The notes beneath the pieces are model-generated. The model had not been told where the DNA came from. It saw only the letters and a list, made by a program, of their open reading frames with translations, and did not search any database. The position numbers and the translations under genes are program-made. Positions 40,720-50,828 of a stretch of DNA of 64,000 bases are shown one piece after another; the first letter of the stretch is position 1, and each line of letters starts with the position of its first letter. The DNA comes from Lagopus muta (Eukaryota): contig NC_064458.1 of assembly GCF_023343835.1 (NCBI RefSeq), positions 4,665,829-4,729,828 of the forward strand. Direction: 5' to 3'.

Positions 40720-43510
40720 ATGTCCAGTAGGAAGCGGAAGGCCCCCGACTCCGGGGAGCAAGGTGAGAGCAAAGCATCCCTGCGTGCAGCTCCCCGCCGC
40801 CGGGCAGAGGGGTGCTGGGGGTCTGCCAGCGGCAGAGAGGGAAGGGAGGGGCAGGAGCAAGGAGCACGGCCCTGGGGACCGCCCTCAGGGACAACTGGCC
40901 CCGCAAGGTGCTCACTGCTGCCCGCCTTTGCTCTCTCCTCTCCAGTGTGCATGCTGTGTCGCCGGGCGGATGTCGACCCGAACATCTGCGGGCGCACCTT
41001 TGCCGAGAGCGACCTTTGCGTGCATGAGTTCTGCTTGGTGAGTTCCAACCCTCAAGGGCTCCTGCCAGCTTCCTGCCAGGGATGCTCCCTTCCTGTCTGT
41101 CCTAATGAGATCCTGCTCTGCTCTTTCCCACAGCTTTTTTCTTTGAAGAAAAACACATTCTTTGAAGAAAGCGACCCCTGGGAGGAAACGCTGCGCCTCC
41201 CCGTTGGGACCATCAGATGCAGAATCAAGCAGGCGGACCAGAAGGTGAGCTTTGTGCCAGGAGAGGCTCACGCCAGCTTAGTCTGCACCCAGAGAAAGCA
41301 ATGGCAGCCCTTCCAGCGGGCTCCAGGGCAAAGTCCTGCCATAGCAGACGAGCCTTCTCCGCCAGGCGGCTCTGCAGAGTGGAGCCCAGCAGCTTCCGCA
41401 GCCTGTGCCCTGCCCAGAGGTGTGGGGCCGGCCGTGGAGGCCCTGAGCCTGCTGCTGATCGGGGCTGCCTTGTTCCTTTCAGCAATGCTTTGTTTGTGGC
41501 GAGAGAGGAGCCGCCATCAGCTGCGCAGAGAGAGGCTGTGCACGCAGCTTCCACCTGCCCTGCGCCGCGGACGGTGAATGCGTCACCCAGTTCTTTGGGC
41601 AGCACAGGTAAGGGCTGTCAGCAGCAGCCAAGCCAGGGAGGAACCCACAGCGACAGCTCCCAGCAGCCTGCCAGAGATGGGGCCTGGGGCTCCTGCCTGC
41701 TGCTCTGCCCTCCTGGCAGTGCTTCTCACTGTGCCCATCACTTGCATCGTCCCCCAGGTCCTTCTGCTGCGAGCACCGCCCGCGACAGGCAGCGGAGGCA
41801 GCTCCACCCCAAGGCACTGACTGCGTCATCTGCCTGGAGCCCCTGGAGGACAGCACGTCCTACCAGACCCTGTGGTGCCCAGCGTGCAAGCACACCTGGT
41901 TCCACCGCCGCTGCGTCCAGGTAGAAGCCCTCCCCTCACCCTGCGGCCACGGCCCGCGCTCAGCAGCACCGAGCCCCGCTCACGCTCACGCTGCTTCTGC
42001 TTCTCCGGCAGGGGCAGGCCACGAACGCCGGCACCATGTGCTTCCAGTGCCCCATTTGTTGAGACACGGAGCAATTCCGGGCAGAAATGTCCACTCTGGG
42101 GATCCAAGTCCCAGTCAGGTTGGTGTCCTTCTCCCCAGCGCTGCAGATGGGAAGGCGCGAGCGCTGGGCCTGCCCAGGGACTGTCCCGGCAGGCCTGGCC
42201 CTTTGCTGTCTCACCAGCACAGGCCTCAGCTTCACGGAGAAGCTGGAAATGGGGTTGCCTTGGATGAACGGGGATACCCCGGATCACACATGGCAGGGAA
42301 CCGGGAACTCATCGCATTCCCTCCCTTCTCTTGTAGGAGACCGTCTTGGTGGGATGACAACACCTACCCATCACTTCTGCGGAGGCACAGGCGCTGCGAT
42401 GTCAGCAAGTGCCTTTACCCAGGAGGCAGGGAGCAGGCAGAGGTGAATGGGTGAGTTACCTCAGCAGCCCTCTGGGCTTCTGCAGGGGATCTCCCCCTCA
42501 ACACCGGATGGGGAACCAGGGCTGAGCACCGCAGATGTGCCGGCCGCTGCCTGGCTTGGCTCACTTTGTCCTCACAGCCACAACCCGTTTGCTTCCCCAG
42601 GCCCTGGCAGCTGCTGCTCTGCAGCTCCTGTGCTGCAGAAGGGACCCACCGACGATGCTCCTACCTGAGCAACAGAGTTGGCAGCTGGGAGTGTGACAGC
42701 TGTGCTGGCATAGGCACCGGTAAGATGCAAACAGCTGTGGCTCCCTAGGCGGGGGCCGGGCAACGCCTGGCAGTGGGTGCTGCTCAGGGCGGCCCTGCCA
42801 GGCTCTCTCTGCCCCAGGAAGGAGGGCAGCCCGTTGCGACTCAAGGCTGCAGCTTCATCCCAATGATCACCTTCCTGCTTTCCTTTACAGCCTCCAGCAG
42901 CAACACGGAGCGCGCCGGACCCAGCACCAACACGGAGCGCGCCGGCCCCAGCACTTCCAGCCAAGGGGCTCCGGAGCCTCCCCGTGGCTCCCAGGGACCG
43001 GAGAACATCAGCTCCGGCTCCAGCAGCCAGGCAGCATCGGGCCCCTCACACCGGTCCCAGCTGCCTGAGAACAGCCGCCTGCCCAGTGAGCCTGGGACAC
43101 GGCAGAGGGCAATCGGCCCACGCCTCCCTGAGGATCAGGAGGCATCTCTGCAGCGCCGAGGACGCCGCGGGAGCGGCCGTGCAACAGCCCCGCGCACCAG
43201 CAGCAGCTCCCGCAGGTCCACCCCACGGAGGGCACCGCGGCCCTCCAGCGACTCCCCGGTGGCTGCACCCAGAAGGAGCCCCAGGCAGCAGGGGACGGGC
43301 CGGGCACGAAGCCGCTCCCCGCTTCAAGATCGGGCCTCACGTTCCCAGAGCCGGCCCAGAAGAAGCCGTGGCAGCAGACAAACACCACGCCGAGCTGCAC
43401 AGAGCAGCACCCTCTGCTCAGCCGCCCCAGTGACATCGAGGCCCTCGAGGGGTTCCCCGCTGCCTGGACACAGAAGACCCTCCAGGCAGCAAGGGAGGGC
43501 CCACACATGA
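40720..43510 (+). pseudogene. PHF7-like (PHD/ePHD zinc-finger, RING-like) gene with an SR/basic C-terminal tail, copy 1; premature TGA in exon 6. Exons: 40720-40762, 40946-41037, 41134-41244, 41483-41607, 41758-41920, 42012-42118, 42337-42450, 42601-42719, 42891-43510.
   Basis: Spliced product: MSSRKRKAPDSGEQ|VCMLCRRADVDPNICGRTFAESDLCVHEFCL|LFSLKKNTFFEESDPWEE..IRCRIKQADQK|QCFVCGERGAAISCAERGCARSFHLPCAADGECVTQFFGQHR|SFCCEHRPRQAAEAAPPQGTDCVICLEPLEDSTSYQTLWCPACKHTWFHRRCVQ|GQATNAGTMCFQCPIC*DTEQFRAEMSTLGIQVPVR|RPSWWDDNTYPSLLRRHRRCDVSKCLYPGGREQAEVNG|PWQLLLCSSCAAEGTHRRCSYLSNRVGSWECDSCAGIGT|ASSSNTERAGPS...RS-rich 206 aa...GRAHT*. Block-for-block it matches mammalian PHF7, recalled from memory ([118 protein letters not shown]). 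All introns are GT-AG. Codon 42060-42062 is TGA here but CGA in copies 2 and 3. Confidence 0.7.
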
Positions 43511-43692
43511 AGCCCTTCCGCAGCGGGATGTCAGGCTGCGACTTCCCACACAGACCCCAGCACGCCGCAGCAGCCAAACCCAACAGCAGCGGCCAGCCTG
43601 GGCACAAAGCTGCTCCCAGGTCCATCTGCAGAACCACATCCCCACAGCCAGACCTCAGTCTGCACAGGAGCAGCCGGGTGCCAATGACACCT

Positions 43693-43850
43693 GCTCAACT
43701 TGGTCAACATCAGCCAAGACGACAAATCCCACGCTCATTTACATCAGCTTGCTCAACTTGGTCAACATCAGCCAAGACGACAAATCCACGCTCATTTACA
43801 TCAGCTTGCTCAACTTGGTCAACATCAGCCAAGACAATAAATCCCACCCC
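43693..43850 (+). repeat. 58-bp minisatellite ×~3 (gctcaacttggtcaacatcagccaagacgacaaatcccacgctcatttacatcagctt), ~180 bp downstream of the PHF7-like stop. Copies also at 53802-53959 and 63911-64000 (partial).
   Basis: Direct repeats start at 43693, 43751 and 43808; the second lacks one C and the third diverges at its 3' end. Confidence 0.8.
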
Positions 43851-43929
43851 CACCCCCATCAGCTTCATTCTTCTCGTCTTTTCCTGGGGTGGGCAGAGTT
43901 CAGACCTCGACCACAGGGTTGCCTTCTCC

Positions 43930-45085
43930 CCAGCAGAATGGCTCAGGTTGGAGGGGCCCTTAAATATCATCCGGCTCTAACCCCCTTGCCGTGAGCAGGT
44001 TCATGCACCACCAGATCAGGATGCCCAGGATCCCATCCACCCTGGCCTCAAAGGACTCCAGCAACGGGGTGTCCTGAACCCCTCAGGGAGGAACCTCGCT
44101 GTTCCAGTGCCTCGCCACTCCCTGAGGAAACAGTTTCTTTCTAACACCTCATCTCTCTCTATCCTCTTTTAGTTTCATGCCATTCCCCCTTGTCCTGTCA
44201 CTATCAGAATGCATGAAAAAGTCAGTCCTCCTCCAGCTTGGCAGGACCCTTAAAAGTACGAGAAGGCTGTGGGCACAGAGGTCTCCTCAGAGCCTTCTGT
44301 TCTGAAAGCGAAGTGAACCCCACTCCCTCAACCTGCCTTCTGAGGTGCGGTGCTCCAGGCCTTGTCTTCTCTTTGCGGCCCTCCTCCGGACCCCCCCTCC
44401 CACCGCTCCACACCCCTCCTGTGCTTGGCACCCCAGGCTTGGGCGCAGTACTCCAGATGGATGCCCTCGCAAGGGCACAGCAGAGACGGACAATCACCGC
44501 CCTGCCCTGCTGGACACCTTCCTCAGGCCTTCCGGGCTGCAGGCACGCGCTGCTGGCTCATCTCCGGCTTTTTGGCCATTACGACCCCCAGGTCCTTCTC
44601 CACAGGGCTTCTCTCGCTGTCTTCTCCTCCCAGTCTCCACCCGTATCTGCGACTGCCTCAACCCAATCGCAACACCTTGCACTGGGCCTTGTTAAACCTC
44701 ACGAGATGCTCACGTGCCCTGTATTCCAGCCTGGGTCCAGGTCCCTCTGGATAGCGTCTCTGCCTTCTGCTGTGCCAAGCGCACCATCAGCTCGGTGCCG
44801 TCAGCTGGGGGTGCACTCAATCCCACCGTCTGTGTCCTTGATAAAAATGCTCACGAGCATCAGTCCCCAGACGGACCCCTGGGTGCCCGGCCTCCACCTG
44901 GACACAGAGCCGCTGGCAGCAATCCTCGGGCACAACATCCAAACAACCTGCATCCACCTGTCTGTTCAACACTCAAATGCACATCTCTCCACTTCAGACA
45001 TTAGGAGGTGCTGTGGGACGAAGACATCAGTCGCCCTTCCTTTGTCCATCACAGCCATCACTCCATCACCAAAGGCCTCCAGATG
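43930..45085 (-). mobile_element. CR1 LINE fragment (older, diverged) inside the repeat unit; copy also at 54039-55194
   Basis: …ctcgctgttccagtgcctcgccactccctgaggaaacagtttctttctaacacctcatctctctctatcctcttttagtttcatgccattcccccttgtcctgtcactatc…ggcgcagtactccagatggatgccctcgcaagggcacagcagagacggacaatcaccgccctgccctgctggacacc…catcactccatcaccaaaggcctccag is the reverse complement of the CR1 3' tail and ORF2 3' region. Confidence 0.7.
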
Positions 45086-46799
45086 GCTCAGGCACAGCCG
45101 CCCTTGCTGAAGCCGTGCTGGCTGTCTTAGGTCGCCTCCCCATCTCGCGTGTGCCTTCACATCTCCTCCAGGAGGATCCACCCCGCCATGTTCCCAGGCC
45201 CACAGATGAGGCACAGCGGCCTTCAGGCCCAGCTGGCTTCTGGCCCAGCCCCACTGAGGCACGAGGTCTCAAGTCAGGATGGATCAAGGCTCTGCTGGCA
45301 GGGCAGCCCAATTCTGGGGGTGTTTCATGGCTTGGGGTTGCCACTGTTCTGTATCGTTCATTCATTAGCAGCAAACCATTTCCATTTGTAGTATTTTTTA
45401 AAGCGTTGGGGGGAAAAAAAAGGAGAGAAACAAAGCGTAAAACTGGTGGGATATCTGACTTCTTTTTTCGTGAAGGTAGTGCGTCAATGCCTCGTTTGAT
45501 GTCAATGGTTGCAATTTTTCGTGAGGTCTTAATGCGTTTGTCAGATTTCTGATGAAATTTTACTCTTGCCATGCAATTGTTCACAAGCGTGCTGACTGCC
45601 AAAACGCGATGACGTGAATAAGGCTTGACTGCAAAGCGAGGGATATTTCTGTCTGTTAAAAGAGGTCTGACAGAAGTCCAGTCAGGAGACATGGTTAGAT
45701 TTTGGAGTCGAATATCTGGTTGGAACTCCAGGCATTCCAATTGAAAACTGGCAGGTAATGCATTTGTATCAACTTAAAATGGGGTCACCCACATAAAGGG
45801 ATGATTTTTTGGCAAAATTGAAACCGGTTTCCAAATTCCTTTATCAAAAGAGAAAGCATGGCTGCACATTCTTTGCTGTTCAGAGCACTGCGTGGGGCCG
45901 GGGCTGGGCTGCACTGCTGGCTGTGCGGAGCTGCGCATTGGGTACACCTGCTCTGGGTCCCAGAGAGAGCTCCAACACACAAAGTAAAGCAATACGGTGC
46001 CCAACTCTCTTGCAAAATACTACTTTAGGATTCAGCATTCACCAAGAAAGAGCAAACCTAGCTTTTACAACAGCTCACACAAATTACCCAAAGACACCCT
46101 GTGAGACAGAAAGCATGAAGATTCATGGAGGCAATCAGCTTTTTTTGGGGTGGAGTTTCAAGCACGCAGCCCAGCCTGGAGCACAGCCCCTTTTCCGTTT
46201 GTAATCCTGCAGGAGTAGAGCACCTGCTGGGGCACAGAGCATCATCTGGACAGTTTCCACTGACAGAAGTAGAGCATCATACTGGGGCAGAAAAAGAAAA
46301 AAAAAAGAAAAGAGCATAGCTATATTAAAATACTTTGAACTGAACTTTTCACCCTGCAGGATGAGCTCACTTCAGGGCTCACATCGTGAGAGGTTTGGAA
46401 AAAAATATTCAAACATCCTGATTTGTGTTTCCAGTGCTACGGATTAAAAGCTGCAGAAATGCCTTCTCCTCCACCATCCATCAACTCTGATCCTGGGACA
46501 GAGACCCACAAACTCCTCAGGGTTGGAAGGGTCCTCTGAGGGCCATCCGGACCAACCCCCCTGCAGCGCACAGGGACACCGCAGCTGGGTCAGGTCTCCA
46601 GGGACGGAGCACCCAGCGCACCTCTGTGCGACCTGTGCCAGTGCCTCACCACCTCTCTGCAGAAGATTTCGTCCCTATAGCCAACCTAAACCTCCCCTCT
46701 TGGAGCTTGCAGCCATTTCCCTCTCGGAGCTGGAAACCACACTGACACTTTGGTCAGTTTTGGAGCAGAAAATGAGATGAGATGTAGATAGACAGATAA

Positions 46800-47420
46800 C
46801 TCGATGTTTTTCTTCCTTGATTTACTATTTATTATGACCTCGCTGACCGACTGCACGCCGCACGCCCAGCACCGCCGCCAGCTCCAAGCACCACCAGCCC
46901 GCCGCGCCGCCAGCGCAGCGCCCTTACACCAACGAGCCGCCGCTTCCGCTCTTCTCGGCACATGCGCAGCACCAGCAGGAGGACCCGCTACCATCGAGTT
47001 GGAGGGCTGGAGGCACAGAGCAGTCAGAGCAAAGAGGCACCACTTCCGGGTTTCCGGAGGCGTCAGTGTCTGGAGGATCGCTTCGTATTACCGCAGGGAC
47101 GGGCGGTACGGAGCGGAGAGAGCAGAGCGACGCGTCGTGCCGCTCCGGGACGGCTCTGTGGTGCTCTGCGGGACCGTGCGGGCCCCGGGGGGCCCAGAGC
47201 GCCCAGAGCTCGTCTGACCCCCCGCTGCCCCTAAAACCGCCGCCGCGGCGGTCCCGACTGCAATTCTGCGCTCCGGTCAAGCGGTGGCAGCAGAGACCGA
47301 GAAAAGAGCGGCGTGGGGCGTGGGTACCGGCGATGGGAGCGGAGCGAGCCTGGGGCTTGGCTCTGCTCGGGTAAATGCGTCCATTCCAACTGCATTCAGG
47401 CTCGGCTAGCTCTGAGCTCT
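46800..47420. promoter_or_regulatory. CpG island (very CG-dense; cgccgc/gcgcgc runs) inside the repeat unit; copy also at 56909-57529
   Basis: Dense CpG content, e.g. gaccgactgcacgccgcacgcccagcaccgccgccagctccaagcaccaccagcccgccgcgccgccagcgcagcgccc… and ccgccgccgcggcggtcccgactgcaattctgcgctccggtcaagcgg. It ends at a possible ATG-plus-donor (47333-47370). Confidence 0.6.
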
Positions 47421-48989
47421 GCCAAAGTGGTTGGCATTTGTCATTGCTGAGCGCACAAAAGGCTCGACCAAAGGTGACGATGCCCGGAAGGCAGAAGGAT
47501 GGAGAAAAGCGTGGCCACATCCCTGGCACGGAGCCGAGCCCGTAGCTGGAGAAGGGGGTTGTTCTGCCGGATGTGGACTGGGAGCGGTTCTGTGCCACGG
47601 CCCGAATCTGCCCTTCTTTGGCTTCGGTCGGGCCAGGAGCTGCTGCGCGGTGCCGCACACCGTGCGTGTGCCGTAACCCCACGCTGCTCCGTGTGCACGG
47701 TGGTTGTGGAGGGCCGTGGTTGTGGGGGGGACCCGAGACCGCCTTCAGCCGGGCGACTGACTCCTGGCTTCTCCGCTGTACTTCGTACAACCTGTGTTTG
47801 TTGTGCACCTTTCACAAGCGTGTGACAGTACAGTGTTTGCTCTGATGCCTTCACAAGGCTGTCACAGCCGTGTCTCCTGTCTCCGGTTAGCCTGTCCACG
47901 GGTCCACCTGTGAACCAGACAGAAAGAGGGCGAGAATTCACAGTGTTACAGTTCTGTATGGCATTGTCACAGTCTGAGCCACAAAGAAACACGTCGCTTC
48001 CTTCACACGCCTACAGAGTATTGAGAGTGAGACATAAATATGTGCGTATACATGCATACAGAGCGTCTGATCCTTCACCAATCATAACAGAACTTCTTTT
48101 CACCAGCTGCGTATTCACATAGGTTTCACCTTTATAAATGTCCACAGTCCATAAATGCCTCATGAAGCTCATGCAGACTGGGACGTGCTTGATCGTTTTT
48201 CCAAATCATTTCACTGATGGGCTCCGCCACAAGCTCACCTGAAGCGCAACGGTGCCCAAGCCCAGTGAAAAGTGTTGAAAAGCAGCAAGGGGCTGGAGAT
48301 GGAGAAGGGTGAAAGAAGAGCTCGGGTGATGTTTGCACAAAGAACAGAACGTGGAGAGGAACAGCATCCCCAGGTCTTCAAATAGACAGAAGTGTTGAGA
48401 TTGTTTCACTCCCTTCTTCAAGAGTGGATGTGCAGTGGGGTTCATGCCAGCTGACCAGAAAGACACCAAACCTCTATTCATCAGGGGAAGAGAAGGGTTA
48501 GGATGAGCCTGGAAATTATCAACTACTTGGTGTACCATCCAGTCCCGGGACAATTCTAGAAGCTATCACCCAAAAAGTCTTTCTCAAAAGGTGAAATTTC
48601 CTAATGATTTTTGAAGTAGAAGTCACTCTAAGAGGAAATCAGATACAGTTGCACATACAGCACACAGTCCAAATGCGCAGAAATTTCTGTGCAAACTGTG
48701 CAAAACAAAATGGTAACAAACTCGTGAATGCCTCAGAACAAAAACTGTGCTGCTATGCTCCTGCGAAAGGTGCAGAACAAACATGTTGTGCGTGAGCACA
48801 ATGGAGAAGTCCGGAGTTTGTTGTCTTGCTTAAGGCGGTCTCGGTTCGATCCCCAGCCCCCCACACAACCACCACGCAATGGGAGAAGCATGACTGGTAT
48901 GGCATGCACACGGTACATGGCACCAGGCACACTCCACGCCATCTGGAAACTGCTCCTGAGCCAATTGGAAGGGCCCATCCTATGGCATA

Positions 48990-49990
48990 AAATGCATTGC
49001 CGACTCCACAGTAGGACCGTCACCCCGGACTTTGGGAGAGCAGGACCTCCTCAGTGGGCCTGCTTGGAGGTATCCCATGGACGGGAGCTTTGGCAAGTAG
49101 GCCCGAGAGAGCTGCTTGACACTTAAACACCGCTTCCTCCAAGCTCAAGATGGATGCATCCCTGAGAGCAAGAAAGCAGGGAAAAGTGGCAGGAGAACTG
49201 CTGGATAAGCAAGGGGCTCATGGATGGACTCAAAGGGAAGAGGAGCGTACACAGCACGTGGAAGAAGGGCATTTCTACTTGGAAAGAATGTATGAGCGTT
49301 GTCAGGGCCTGCAAGGATGCAATGAGGAAGGCTAAGGCACCCTTGGGATTAAATCCAGCAAAGGCGGTCGAGGAGAACAACAAGGGCTTTTGTGAGAATG
49401 TTGGTAGTAAAACTAAGACTGGAACACATGCGGGTCTGCCACTGAATGCCTTGGTAACAAGGGACAAAGAGAAGGCAGAGGTACTGAATGCCTTCTTTGC
49501 TTCCATCTTTACTACTAAGATTGCCCCTCCTAAATCCCAGGCCCTGGCGGTAAGAGAGAGAGTCTGGGGAATTAAAGACTTCCTCCTGCTTGAGGAGGAT
49601 CTGAACAGGAAGCGTGCAGGCAAAATCAGTGCTCGCAAATTCATGGGCCCTGTGGGGATGCACCCACGTGTGCTGAGAGAGCTGGTGGAGGTAATTGCTG
49701 AACTGCTCTCTATGATCTTGGAGAGGCCTTGGAGAACAGGAGAGCTGCCTGGATGCTGGAGGACAGCCAGCTTCGCACCAGTCATCGCACCGATGAGTGG
49801 GCAGTGAGATGGACTGGGAACTGGCTTGACGACCAAGAGATGATGGAGGGGCCTGGAGCATCTTCCTCACGAGAAAAGGCTGAGAGACCTAGGACTCTTC
49901 AGTCTGGAGAAGAAACGCATGAGCGGGGGATCTCATAACAGTTTGGCCCACTGCGACGGGCCCTGCGTCTGCTCCAAGCCATGAGACAGG
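48990..49990 (+). mobile_element. CR1 LINE fragment (ORF2 EN–RT linker region, internal deletion, then …GLFSLEKKR… segment) forming the 3' end of each repeat unit; copy also at 59099-60099
   Basis: ORF 49220-49807 is …KAKAPLGLNPAKAVEENNKGFCENVGSKTKTGTHAGLPLNALVTRDKEKAEVLNAFFASIFTTKIAPPKSQALAVRERVWG…RKFMGPVGMHPRVLRELVEVIAELLSMILERPWRTGELPGCWRTASFAPV (CR1 ORF2: KAKAQLELNLA..KDNKK.FYKY..SKR….AE.FNAFFASVF…HKSMGPDGIHPRVLKELADVIA.PLSIIF.RSW.SGEVP.DWK.ANV.PV), then …EKAERPRTLQSGEETHERGIS ([19 protein letters not shown]). Confidence 0.8.
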
Positions 49991-50828
49991 CCCTGCGCCA
50001 GCACCCGACTTCGTGACAGCCCACGTGGTTCAACCAGAGAACCCAACTGTGCCAGTATCCATAGCCCTTATTAAAAAGAGCAAAATGAGGCCGTGAAAAT
50101 CAGCTCCTTTAATAAGAAAGGAAATACGTTCTAAGAGGGGGGTAGAAGAAGAGGATGAGAATGAAGCCAGGCCATGACAAGAACGGCAGGAGGAAGAGGC
50201 CGAACTCATAAAGGAGACGAGAACCATTTGACTCCTGAGCACGAGTGAGCTGACAGATATGTGAAAAGACTTCAGCTGTCATGCAGGGGAGCACTCTGAC
50301 ACTGGGAGAACGGGGCCGCAAGCCTGGACTAGGCGGGCAGCAAAGGCAGGCATCTGGGATCTCTTTCACGGGCAGGGTGCATTGGCAAAGCCCTTGGAAA
50401 TGAGGCACGAGCCTTCCCCTCGTGGAGGTGACTCTCCGTAAGGGCCGAGAGGGAAAGGAGTCCCTTCAAAGAAGATCTGGTATGTTACCCAGGCAAGCGG
50501 TGCACCGTGGGGAAAGGTGTGCCTGAGGGCACCAGCTCTTCTGGAGGTGATGCGTAATGCTGAAAAAAGAGGGGAGATACAGACTGGCTGTTGGCCGGCA
50601 ATTGCTGATTCTGAGGGCCCAGGGCTGCCGCCATCTTGCTTGGGAGCCTGGGACGCATTCCGCCCCGAGGGGGTAACCGTGATGTCACAGTGGTGGCAGG
50701 GAGCGGCCATTGTGACCCGCGGGGCTGGGAGCAGAGCAAAGGCTGCCGGGCTCAGAGCGTGGTCAGTGCGGCCTGGTGAGGTGCAGAGAGAGCAGGGACT
50801 CTTCAAGTGCTCACCGTTGACGCGCAAC

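Noticed and set aside
40257-41048. 263-aa minus-strand ORF (and many other 60-300-aa ORFs on both strands between 40 and 48 kb, e.g. 43008-43637, 46924-47808, 45066-45740 in part)
   Set aside because: They lie antisense to, or overlap, the PHF7-like exons and the CpG island in ~60 % GC DNA where stop codons are rare. The ones I can place have low-complexity Ala/Gly/Pro/Arg-rich translations with no family resemblance. They recur in every unit simply because the unit is duplicated.
40408-41577. 389-aa plus-strand ORF apparently containing the PHF7-like N-terminus
   Set aside because: It is a composite of exons 1-4 read through stop-free introns. The homology-supported model is spliced, with GT-AG at every junction, so the raw ORF is not the protein.
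43507-43980. 157-aa ORF spanning the 58-bp minisatellite
   Set aside because: It begins at the PHF7-like stop codon and consists of the translated tandem repeat. It is a repeat-driven frame, most likely 3'UTR.
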